From a candidate division FCPU426 bacterium (GTDB lineage: Bacteria; Oederibacteriota; JAAXVQ01; JAUVAV01), in the NCBI GenBank assembly GCA_040756875.1, contig JBFLYH010000001.1, positions 640,001 to 704,000 of the forward strand: a stretch of DNA of 64,000 nt. Reading direction: 5' to 3'. Below the pieces are notes generated by a model, which made no database searches, had not been told where the DNA came from, and worked only from the letters and a program-made list of their open reading frames with translations. The translations under genes and the position numbers were made by a program. Shown in pieces: positions 19,238-27,970 of this stretch; the stretch's first letter is position 1, and each line of letters starts with the position of its first letter.

Positions 19238-20479
19238 GTGCGAGGAGAACTGCAAAGCATGAAAAAAATCCATGATGCGGCGATTATGCCGGCGAGGATA
19301 ATCGTCGGTTTGCTTTTGTTATTAAACGGTATTATTGCAGGGTGCGCAACGACCAGGACAAGTATTAAAATATTGCCCGATGAAACCTCGGAAGCTTCGG
19401 CTGGAGGGCGAAAGCTTCAAAACATCCGGGTGTTATTGGTGGCCAACTCGAAGCGAGTCACGATGAACGCGGCGCAGGAAGTCAAAATGTATGATATGCG
19501 GACCAAGCAAATATCCGACCGCGGGATATTAAACACCGATTTTCAAATTTTAGCCCGCGATGGACGGCTGGTTCTGGGAGGCAAGTTTAGCGCTGCCTCA
19601 GTAGTCAGGTTTGTGCCTTCGGCCGGGGATTTCCTGGGGGTGAACGGAAAACGCTACCGCGGCCAGATCGAAGTGGCGGTCAATTCCGGAGGCGGTGGGT
19701 TGCAGGTCATCAACTACTTGCCATTGGAAAGCTATGTGGCCGGCGTGGTGCCCAATGAAGTGAGCCCGGCCTGGCCTGAAGAGGCCCTCAAAGTGCAGGC
19801 GATCGCGGCCAGGACTTTTGCCTTGTATAAAATGAGCGGCCGGTCGCAAATGGCCTACGATTTGGACGATTCGGTCAGCAGCCAGGTATACGGGGGCGTG
19901 GATTCCGAACGGCCGAGCACGACGGCGGCGGTTAAAGCCACCACGAGCGTGGTGGCCATGTACACCGGAAAATTCATTGCCGCGTTTTACCATTCCAATT
20001 GCGGCGGCCGCACGGCCAATGTCAGGGAGGTCTGGGGCGGGGACATGGATTATTTAAACGGCGTAGAATGCGGTTTCTGCGACCAGGCGCCGCACGCCCG
20101 TTGGAACGGGGAATTGAGCGGCGAAGATCTGCGCCGGAAACTTCAAAAAAGCGTGGCCGGCCTGAAAGCGGTCACGGGTTTGGACTTGAAGGACAGGGAC
20201 GCCAGCGCCAGGGTCAAGACCGTCGTGGTTCGCCACCCCGGCGGGGCGGAAGAAATGAAAGGGCCTGTTTTCCGCATGCTGGTCGGACCGGATTTTATAC
20301 GCAGCACGCGGTTTACTGTGGTGCCCCGGGGCGCGAGCTGGGAATTCACCGGCCAGGGCTGGGGGCACGGCGTCGGCCTTTGCCAGGAAGGCGCCCTGGG
20401 AATGGCCCAAAATGGGTATAATTACCGCGATATTCTGAGGCATTATTATCCCGGGATCGAATTGCGGAATTGGCCATAA
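19238..20479 (+). CDS. SpoIID/LytB domain lipoprotein (peptidoglycan lytic transglycosylase family)
   Basis: Lipobox-like IAGC; YVAGVVPNE, EALKVQAIAARTFA, SQVYGG, GWGHGVGLCQ.GA, ILRHYYPG; start may be ATG 19259. Confidence 0.93.
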   Translation: MRGELQSMKKIHDAAIMPARIIVGLLLLLNGIIAGCATTRTSIKILPDETSEASAGGRKLQNIRVLLVANSKRVTMNAAQEVKMYDMRTKQISDRGILNTDFQILARDGRLVLGGKFSAASVVRFVPSAGDFLGVNGKRYRGQIEVAVNSGGGGLQVINYLPLESYVAGVVPNEVSPAWPEEALKVQAIAARTFALYKMSGRSQMAYDLDDSVSSQVYGGVDSERPSTTAAVKATTSVVAMYTGKFIAAFYHSNCGGRTANVREVWGGDMDYLNGVECGFCDQAPHARWNGELSGEDLRRKLQKSVAGLKAVTGLDLKDRDASARVKTVVVRHPGGAEEMKGPVFRMLVGPDFIRSTRFTVVPRGASWEFTGQGWGHGVGLCQEGALGMAQNGYNYRDILRHYYPGIELRNWP

Positions 20480-20492
20480 ACCTGTCTGAGTC

Positions 20493-21557
20493 ATGACAGC
20501 AGCCAACCCATCCCCGCTCGAGCGGTTTGATTTTGACCTGCCGGCATCCAGGATCGCCCAACAGGCAAAACGCAGGGGTTTTTCCAGGCTGATGGTTTTG
20601 CCTCCGGGAAAAGACGCGCCTCCGGTACATGCGGTTTTCCGGCAATTGCCCGGCTGGCTTGCGCCCGGTGATTGCATGGTGGTAAATGATTCCCGCGTGC
20701 TGCCCGCACGGCTCTGGGCGGTTAAAAAGGACACCGGCGGGTCGGTGGAATTGCTTTTGCACAGGGAAGTGAAGCCGGCGATGTGGGAGGCTTTGTCACG
20801 GCCCTACCGCCGCCTGAAGCCCGGGACGGAACTGATTCTGGGAGCGACGGTGGCCACGGTTCAAGAACTGCTGGGGGAAGGGAAAATCACGCTGTCATTC
20901 GGTTCTCCGGCTCTGGCCCGGGCCGCGATCCGGCAGGTGGGCGTGGTTCCGCTTCCGCCGTACATCCGGCGGTCGTTCCGGTCGCCAAACGCAGAAGAAC
21001 GGAAGGACCGGCGCCGGTATCAGACGATTTTTGCCCGGACCGAAGGCTCGGTGGCCGCGCCGACCGCTGGTTTGCACTTTTCCAAACCCTTGGTCACTGA
21101 GCTCCGGCGGCAGGGTGTCCGCGTCGCGCCTGTCACGCTGCACGTGGGTTGGGGAACCTTTGCCCCCTTGTCGGAGCAGTCCTGGCAGGCCCGGCGGCTT
21201 CATCCCGAGACCTATGCCATTTCCGCGGAAACCGCCGGGGAAATAGCGGAATGCCGGAGGCGCAAGGGACGCGTAATTGCCTGCGGAACCACGGTGGCCA
21301 GAACGCTTGAAAGCGCGGCCGGCAAGAGGGGCCTGGTGAAGGCGGGCGAAGGCCGGACCGAGCTGTTCATCCAGCCCGGCCACCGCTGGCAGGTGGTGGA
21401 CGGGTTGCTGACGAATTTCCACCTTCCGCGTTCGTCGCTGCTGGTGCTGGTGTGCGCCCTCGCCGGTCCGGAACGGGTGATGGCAGCCTATGCCGAAGCC
21501 GTCCGCCGCGAGTACCGGTTTTACAGCTATGGCGACGCCATGTTGGTTTTTCGCTAA
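20493..21557 (+). CDS. queA: S-adenosylmethionine:tRNA ribosyltransferase-isomerase
   Basis: FDFDLP..IAQ, VNDSRVLPARL, PLPPYI, YQTIFA, GSVAAPTAGLHF, TNFHLPRSSL, YRFYSYGDAM. Confidence 0.98.
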   Translation: MTAANPSPLERFDFDLPASRIAQQAKRRGFSRLMVLPPGKDAPPVHAVFRQLPGWLAPGDCMVVNDSRVLPARLWAVKKDTGGSVELLLHREVKPAMWEALSRPYRRLKPGTELILGATVATVQELLGEGKITLSFGSPALARAAIRQVGVVPLPPYIRRSFRSPNAEERKDRRRYQTIFARTEGSVAAPTAGLHFSKPLVTELRRQGVRVAPVTLHVGWGTFAPLSEQSWQARRLHPETYAISAETAGEIAECRRRKGRVIACGTTVARTLESAAGKRGLVKAGEGRTELFIQPGHRWQVVDGLLTNFHLPRSSLLVLVCALAGPERVMAAYAEAVRREYRFYSYGDAMLVFR

Positions 21558-21737
21558 ACCAAGGCACCGATCTGTGCGACAATACTCCCAGGCAGTGTCA
21601 AGCGAGCGGAGGCTCCCCTGAGTCGGAGTCCAGGTCACCCTTCCGCTGCAGACCGATTCCGCAATTCTCTCCCGGACAGCGAGGGACCGCTGGCCAGAGC
21701 TTGTTGCGGAGGGATCGGAAATCGACTTGTTCCTGAT

Positions 21738-23822
21738 ATGACGAAAAAAAAGCGTCTCCCAGCGAACGACCCCTATGAAGCCCTGTACCTCCTGCTTGAC
21801 CTGGCGGTCAAACGCCGGGCCAAGCTGTTGGCGCGTCTGCGGCAGGAAAAGACCCTGGCTGCGGTGGCGCCGGACAGCCTGGCCGAGGCTGCGCCCTCCT
21901 GGGAGGCGTCCTGGGAGTTCCTGTTCCGCTGGTTGCCCGGCCTTCTGCCCAAACTCCGGACCGGCGGAGCCCGCGAGTTCTTGAGCGCGGTTCGCAAAAA
22001 AACCCAGCAAGCCGCTCCGCTGCCCAAACGCTTCCAGTTGCTCGTCGCTTCGTGGATCCTGCTGCCTGAAATCATGGCTGCTGCGGCCGGCGATTTGCCG
22101 GTTGCGCGCCGTACCCAGGCCCTGCAATCCGGCGACGGATTGTGGCGCATCGGGCTGCAGAATATGCTGGAGGGTTTTGCATCCTATACCGACCGGCTGC
22201 TCCACGAAAAGAGCCTCGAAAGCGCGGTGTTGTTCCACACCACCCAGACGGTGACCACCGAACTGGATTTGAACGTGCTCCTGAACAAAGTGGTGCTGCA
22301 CGCCGGCATGCTGATTCAAAACAAACAGGTGTACCTGTTTCTCGCAGAACCCAAGCCCCTGGACGCCCGGCTGCGCCAGCGCCTTTACCTGCGCGCTTCC
22401 AATCAGCCGTTCGAAGCCTACGGGGAATACAGCCTCCAGGTCGGCGAAGGGCTGGTCGGCGAAACGGCGGAAACGCGGCTGCCCATCATCGACAACGCCT
22501 ACCGGAACAATCCCAAGAAGATCCCCTGGCTGAAGGATGCCGCCTGCCTCCTGGCCGTGCCCATTTGCTTCGGCAGCGAGGTTTTGGGAGTGTTGCTGGC
22601 CGCCACGCCCAAAAGCCAGGAGCCTTTTACCACGGACGATCAGATGCGGTTGACCATGTACAGCCAGCAGATCGCGGTGAATTTCAAAAATCTGCTGCTC
22701 TATCAGCAGCAGGCGCAGAACGCGCAGGAACTGGAAGAGAAAAACCAGATGCTGGAATCGCAGGCGGACATGATCCTGCGCAAATCCGCCCAGTTGGAGG
22801 TGTTGAACGAGGTTTCGCAGCAGGTCAACTCCTCGCTGGAATTGAAGGAAGTTTTGAATCTGGTCGCCCGCCAGGCTGCCCAGAGCATCGGCCTGGACCG
22901 GGGCGTGGTGTGGCTGTTGAGCGGGCCGGTCACCCTGGAGGCGGTGGCGGCATTCGGCCTGCCGGCCAAGTTCCTTGCGAATCTGAACCTGGACCTGCCC
23001 GCGATCCGGGATACGGCCCTGTTCAGGACGTTTTCGGAGCGCGTCTCCACGACCATTCTGAGCGGGCAGGACGAGGAGCTGTTCGTCCAGAAATTGCACG
23101 GCTATCTGACGCCCAAGGCCATGCTGGCCTGCCCGCTGGTGTTCAAGGACGAGTCCATCGGCCTGCTGGTGGTGGATGACACGCGGGAAGCGCACGAATT
23201 CCTCGACGATGAAATCGGACTGGTCATGTCCGTTGCCAACCACGCGGTCATGGCGATCGAGAATGCGCGGCTTTTCCAAAAGGTCAAGGAGCAAGCCATC
23301 ACCGACGGCCTGACCGGCGTTTACAACCACCGCTTTTTCCAGCTGCGCTTCGCGGACGAGTTCGCCCACTGCCGCCGGTATGGAAACGACATGAGCCTGA
23401 TCATGATGGACATCGACCATTTCAAGCACTACAACGACACCTACGGCCACGTGGCCGGAGACCTGGCGCTGAAGGAAATCGCCAACCTGACGCGGGCTTC
23501 GGTGAGGGAAAACGATTTGGTCGCCCGCTACGGCGGTGAGGAGTTCGCCATCATCCTGCCCATGACCAACCTGGGCGGCGCCCAGGTGGTGGCTGAACGC
23601 ATCCGCCAGTCCATCCAGGAATGCCGGTTTCTGGGGGATGTTCACATGCCGCAGGTCGGGATGACGGTTTCGCTGGGCGTAGCCTCCTACGGCCAGCAGG
23701 TCCAAAGCCGCGAGGAACTGGTCCGGCAGGCCGATGCCGCACTCTACGAAGCCAAGGCCCAGGGCCGCAACCGTTGCATCTACTTCAAGCCCAAACCCGC
23801 GGAGGGAACGGATACCGCCTGA
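21738..23822 (+). CDS. Diguanylate cyclase with two GAF domains
   Basis: Two GAF-like segments; AITDGLTGVYN, DIDHFKHYNDTYGH, RxxD I-site (REND) and intact GGEEF. Confidence 0.95.
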   Translation: MTKKKRLPANDPYEALYLLLDLAVKRRAKLLARLRQEKTLAAVAPDSLAEAAPSWEASWEFLFRWLPGLLPKLRTGGAREFLSAVRKKTQQAAPLPKRFQLLVASWILLPEIMAAAAGDLPVARRTQALQSGDGLWRIGLQNMLEGFASYTDRLLHEKSLESAVLFHTTQTVTTELDLNVLLNKVVLHAGMLIQNKQVYLFLAEPKPLDARLRQRLYLRASNQPFEAYGEYSLQVGEGLVGETAETRLPIIDNAYRNNPKKIPWLKDAACLLAVPICFGSEVLGVLLAATPKSQEPFTTDDQMRLTMYSQQIAVNFKNLLLYQQQAQNAQELEEKNQMLESQADMILRKSAQLEVLNEVSQQVNSSLELKEVLNLVARQAAQSIGLDRGVVWLLSGPVTLEAVAAFGLPAKFLANLNLDLPAIRDTALFRTFSERVSTTILSGQDEELFVQKLHGYLTPKAMLACPLVFKDESIGLLVVDDTREAHEFLDDEIGLVMSVANHAVMAIENARLFQKVKEQAITDGLTGVYNHRFFQLRFADEFAHCRRYGNDMSLIMMDIDHFKHYNDTYGHVAGDLALKEIANLTRASVRENDLVARYGGEEFAIILPMTNLGGAQVVAERIRQSIQECRFLGDVHMPQVGMTVSLGVASYGQQVQSREELVRQADAALYEAKAQGRNRCIYFKPKPAEGTDTA

Positions 23823-23871
23823 AATCAGCGCTTCCTTCATTGCTTCGTCCTGCAAGCCCGCCTGAAAAACC

Positions 23872-23901
23872 TTGCCGCTCGTTTTGAACCGGTGGTATAA
23901 T
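23872..23901 (+). promoter_or_regulatory. Sigma70-type promoter of the kaiC-like operon
   Basis: TTGCCG (23872-77), 18 nt, extended -10 TGg-TATAAT (23896-23901). Confidence 0.65.
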
Positions 23902-24004
23902 CGTGCGTTGTTTTAAAGCTGATCCGGCCGGCGTGCGCCGGGAAAAGTCTGCTTTTTAAGCGGTTTTCAGGCGGGACCAGCAGATAAATCGCAAGGAGTA
24001 TTTC

Positions 24005-24044
24005 ATCCCTCCGCAGGTGCAGAGGATCGCGGGATTTTTGCGGA
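24005..24044 (+). repeat. Hairpin-forming leader motif, copy 2 (upstream of kaiC-like gene)
   Basis: ATCCCTCCGCAGGtGcAGAGGATCgcgGGaTTTTTGCGGA; 34/40 identical to 2715-2753. Confidence 0.6.
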
Positions 24045-24082
24045 AGAAGAAAGACCAATATCCTGAAACGAGGTGGCTCTGC

Positions 24083-25912
24083 GTGACAGCGCAGAAATTG
24101 AAAACCGGAGTCGCGGGTCTGGACGAGATCCTAATCGGCGGGATTTTGGAGGGCGAGAGCATATTGCTTGAAGGCCTGCCTGGCACGGGCAAAACCACGC
24201 TGGGCCTGCATTTCATCCTGCAGGGGATCGCCGAGGGCCAGCCGGGGCTGATTATTACCTTCGAGGAATTTCCCGCCCAGTATTACCGCGATGCGCTCAA
24301 TTTCGGCTGGGATTTGAAGAAACTGGAAAAGGAAAAGAAACTCAAGCTCGTCATGACCTCGCCGAAAGTTTTGGTCCAGGAACTGGAGCGGCCGGGCGGC
24401 ATGTTTGACGAAATCACGCGCGAACTCGGCCTGCAGCGCGTTCTGGTGGACTCGATCAATTTTCTCTACCACCATCAATCCGATCCCCGCAATGCGCGCG
24501 ACTTGATCAACCGCTTCATCAACGGATTCAAGCGGCAGGGCGTGACCAGCATGCTGATCAAGGATATCGAGGGCGAGGAATTGTCCCACTGGGGCATGTA
24601 CTCGGTGGATTGCTACATCCGCCTGCGTTTCGAGCTGGTGCGCGATTTCCAGCGCCGCCGCCTGATTGAAGTCTTCAAAGCCCGCGGGCAGAGGCATTTG
24701 TACGGCCAGCATCCCTTTGAAATCACGGAGACCGGCGTGGAAGTCTATCCCGCCGCCCTGCCCAATGAAATTGCCGCCGCCTCGCCGGCTGAAGAGCAGG
24801 AGGTCCTGAGGATCGGCAGCGGCGTGGCCGGCCTGGATGACATGCTGGGGGGCGGTTTTTTTACGGGTCAGAGCGTCTTACTGACCGGGACTTCGGGCAC
24901 CGGGAAAACCAACCTGGCCATGTGCTTTTTGGCGGAAGGAATGAGGCAAGGCGAGACCGGGCTCTATCTTTCCATGGAGGAAACAGGCCGTTCGCTGCTG
25001 CAGCATACCCGGACCTTGGGCCTGGATTTGGCGTCCGCCGTCCGCCAGGACCGCTTGACCCTCCTAAACATCCCGAGCGCCGGACTGAGCGAAGGAGCGT
25101 TCCTGCATCTGCTGCGGAAAAATTTGGCGGAAATCAAACCCAAACGCCTGGTGATTGATCCGATCAACTTCCTGAATTCCATCGCCGCTTCGCCGGAAAT
25201 GGTGCGCCTCACGTTCCAGACCATGATCCGGATCCTGCGCGAAGCCGGGGTCACCACGGTCTGCACCTCGGAAATCTCGGAAGTCGTGGGGGATTTCAAA
25301 CTCAACGAGTTCAACTACCTGGTGGACACCGTCGTGCTGCTGCGGCTGGCGGAAATCGACACGTCGCTGCGCAAGGCCATTATGATCATCAAGCACAGCG
25401 GATCAGACCATGACCGCAACCTCCGGGAGCTCCTCCTGGATTCCCAGGGCGTCCGCGTGGGCGATCCGTTCGTCAGTTACGAAGGCATTCTGGCTGGCCG
25501 CACCCACCGCCGCAGCGGCGGCGAGCCCTCCAAGCTGCTGATCGTGGACGACGACGCTCAGATGCTGGAATTGATCAAGGCCAGCTTCCGGGACGAGCAT
25601 TTCACACTGCTGACCTGCGAAGACGGCGAAGTGGCTTTGCAGCTGGCGCTGGCCGAAGGGCCGGATTTGATCCTTTTGGATCTGATGCTTCCGAAAATCA
25701 ACGGGTTCGAGGTTTGCCAGCGCTTGAAGGCCGATAAAACCACCGCGAACATACCCATCATCATGCTCTCCGCCAAAGGGGAGACGGAATCCAAGGTCCA
25801 GGGCATTAAAATCGGCGCGGACGATTACATCACCAAGCCGTTTTCCCCCCAGGAATTGGTGGCGCGGGTCAAGATGATCCTGCGGAGAGTGTACGGCAAG
25901 AGGCAGGCCTGA
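24083..25912 (+). CDS. Double-domain KaiC-like ATPase fused to C-terminal receiver (REC) domain
   Basis: TGVAGLD..GLPGTGKT..FEE (CI); SGVAGLD..GTSGTGKT..MEE (CII); REC IVDDD..LLDLMLP..LSAK..TKPF; GAGGTGG RBS before GTG 24083. Confidence 0.9.
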   Translation: MTAQKLKTGVAGLDEILIGGILEGESILLEGLPGTGKTTLGLHFILQGIAEGQPGLIITFEEFPAQYYRDALNFGWDLKKLEKEKKLKLVMTSPKVLVQELERPGGMFDEITRELGLQRVLVDSINFLYHHQSDPRNARDLINRFINGFKRQGVTSMLIKDIEGEELSHWGMYSVDCYIRLRFELVRDFQRRRLIEVFKARGQRHLYGQHPFEITETGVEVYPAALPNEIAAASPAEEQEVLRIGSGVAGLDDMLGGGFFTGQSVLLTGTSGTGKTNLAMCFLAEGMRQGETGLYLSMEETGRSLLQHTRTLGLDLASAVRQDRLTLLNIPSAGLSEGAFLHLLRKNLAEIKPKRLVIDPINFLNSIAASPEMVRLTFQTMIRILREAGVTTVCTSEISEVVGDFKLNEFNYLVDTVVLLRLAEIDTSLRKAIMIIKHSGSDHDRNLRELLLDSQGVRVGDPFVSYEGILAGRTHRRSGGEPSKLLIVDDDAQMLELIKASFRDEHFTLLTCEDGEVALQLALAEGPDLILLDLMLPKINGFEVCQRLKADKTTANIPIIMLSAKGETESKVQGIKIGADDYITKPFSPQELVARVKMILRRVYGKRQA

Positions 25913-27969
25913 TGATCCGCATTCGGCCATGGGTGTGGCTGCTGCCGGGCGTGCTTCTGGCCCTGCCCTTGGTCCTGCAGGCCAAATCTTCCCCCGAGGC
26001 CGCCGTTTCGCGCCTGACGGTCGGCGGCCCCCGCGATCTTGCCCCTTACGCCTATTGGGACCGGTCGGGTGTATACACCGGTTTTTCCGTGGACATGGTG
26101 CGCGCCGCGGGCGAGCGCGCCGGCATCGACAGCGTCCTGTTTTTCCCCGGCAGCCAGGATCAAAACTTGAAGCAGCTGTCCAACGGCGAGATCGACTGCG
26201 TTCAATTCGTCCGTTACACCCCCGCTTTGGCGAGAAATTTCGAATTCGCCGTCATCTATCTGGACAGCCCCTCCGTGATCTTCGTTCCCAGCGATACGTA
26301 CAACCTGGCCACCAAGGAGGACCTGGAAGGGAAACGCGTCGCCGTACAGCCGGAAGACCCGGTCTGGCCGACGCTCCGGGCCCAGCGCCGGGTTTATTTG
26401 GTTTCGGTGAACAAGCCCGCCGAAGCATTCGATCTGCTGCGGGACAAGCGCGTAGACGCCTACATCGGCGAACGGCTGACGGCCTTGCATTATCTGGGCG
26501 CGCGGGGCTGGCAGGACCAGTTTAAAATCGTGGGGGCTGAAGTCGCGCGTTCCCGTTTTGGCATGCTCGTGAGGCAGGGCGACCGGGAGAAAGCCCACCT
26601 GCTTTCCCGGGCCTTTCAGACTTTGGAGCGGACCGGCGAACGCGACCGCGTTTTTTACCAGTGGTTCGGGGAGGGCTTCCATCCGCAACCCTTCATGTCC
26701 CGCCAAACCCTGCGGTGGGTGATGATTTTTGTCGGCTCTTCGCTGCTGGTGGCCATGATCGTGCTGGGCTGGAACCTGCTGCTGCAAAGGGAACTGGAAC
26801 TCAAGGCCGTGGCCGTGGAAAAAGCCGAACTCAGCCGCAAGGTGGCCGAAGAAAAAAGCCGGTTCGAAGCCACGGTGCAGTCCATGACCGAAGGCCTGAT
26901 GCTGGTGGAACCCGCCGGCGCGATCGTCTACGTCAACGCGCCGGGCGCCCAGTACCTGGGCCGGCGGATCGAGGATCTGCTGCACCATCCCCTCAACGTG
27001 CTGCAGGAGCATCTTCTGACCAAGGTCAAGGAGCCCGACCTGCTGGCGCGGCGGCTGGAATTGATCGAGGCCAATCCGACGCGGCCGGCGGTGGTCGAAT
27101 ACACCGTGACCACCACCAAGCGCCAGGACATCCGGCTGAAATTCTTTCCGGTCCGCGACCGCAGGGGCGAGTTCGCGGGCCGCGGCATCCTGATCGAGGA
27201 CGTGACCCACGAGCGGGAGGTGGACCGCCTCAAGTCGGAATTCGTATCCATCGCCAGCCATGAACTGCGCACGCCCATGACGAGCATTTTGGGGTTTTCC
27301 GAGATCATGCTGACCAAATCCCTGCCTCCGGAGATGGTCAAACGCTACCTGACCCAGATTCACGGCGAGGCGGAACGCCTGACCCGCATCCTGAACGACA
27401 TGCTGGATTTAAGCTACCTCGAGAGCGGCGAGGGCGTGCTGGAGAAAAAGCCGGTCGCCATCGTGGAGCTGGTGAACGAGGTGGTCGAAAATTTCCGCGC
27501 GCAAATCAAGGACCGGAGGGAATTGCGCGTGCAGATCGACGGGGCGTCCTCCGTGCTGATGGCCGACCGGGACAAGGTTTCGCAGGTGTTGTGGAATTTG
27601 CTCTCCAACGCGGATAAATACTCCTTTCCCGGCCGCAAAGTGCTGGTGGACGTGGTGGAGCGCCGCGCGCCGGAACCCGAATGGCGGTTTACTGCGGAGG
27701 AACTGTCCGCTTTGCTGCCCGGCGTGGAACTGGCGGTGACCGATTTCGGAGAAGGGATCCAGGAGGACCAGTTGTCGCTGATTTTCCTTCCGTTCTACCG
27801 CGTGGAAACGGCCGTGCACACCATACGGGGAACGGGACTGGGATTGGCGATCGTCAAACGCATCGTGGAAGCGCACGGCGGCAGGGTTTGGGCCCGCAGC
27901 GAACTGGGCAAGCAAACGGTTTTTTCCGTGCTGCTGCCCCTGCCCAAATCCGCGCCGGGGGAGGGGTGA
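25912..27969 (+). CDS. Sensor histidine kinase with periplasmic solute-binding (family 3-like) domain, TM, PAS, HisKA, HATPase
   Basis: Signal peptide, APYAY..GVYTGFSVD, one TM, SHELRTPMTSI H-box, NLLSNADKY, DFGEGI, GTGLGLAI. Confidence 0.93.
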   Translation: MIRIRPWVWLLPGVLLALPLVLQAKSSPEAAVSRLTVGGPRDLAPYAYWDRSGVYTGFSVDMVRAAGERAGIDSVLFFPGSQDQNLKQLSNGEIDCVQFVRYTPALARNFEFAVIYLDSPSVIFVPSDTYNLATKEDLEGKRVAVQPEDPVWPTLRAQRRVYLVSVNKPAEAFDLLRDKRVDAYIGERLTALHYLGARGWQDQFKIVGAEVARSRFGMLVRQGDREKAHLLSRAFQTLERTGERDRVFYQWFGEGFHPQPFMSRQTLRWVMIFVGSSLLVAMIVLGWNLLLQRELELKAVAVEKAELSRKVAEEKSRFEATVQSMTEGLMLVEPAGAIVYVNAPGAQYLGRRIEDLLHHPLNVLQEHLLTKVKEPDLLARRLELIEANPTRPAVVEYTVTTTKRQDIRLKFFPVRDRRGEFAGRGILIEDVTHEREVDRLKSEFVSIASHELRTPMTSILGFSEIMLTKSLPPEMVKRYLTQIHGEAERLTRILNDMLDLSYLESGEGVLEKKPVAIVELVNEVVENFRAQIKDRRELRVQIDGASSVLMADRDKVSQVLWNLLSNADKYSFPGRKVLVDVVERRAPEPEWRFTAEELSALLPGVELAVTDFGEGIQEDQLSLIFLPFYRVETAVHTIRGTGLGLAIVKRIVEAHGGRVWARSELGKQTVFSVLLPLPKSAPGEG

Positions 27970-27970
27970 A

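Noticed and set aside
20895-23855. 986-aa minus-strand ORF
   Set aside because: Antisense shadow of queA and the GGDEF gene; no recognisable motifs; long shadow frames are expected in high-GC coding DNA.
24083-25912. Bona fide circadian clock (kaiABC)
   Set aside because: No kaiA or kaiB in the window and the CII Ser/Thr sites appear absent, so no kaiC symbol was assigned.
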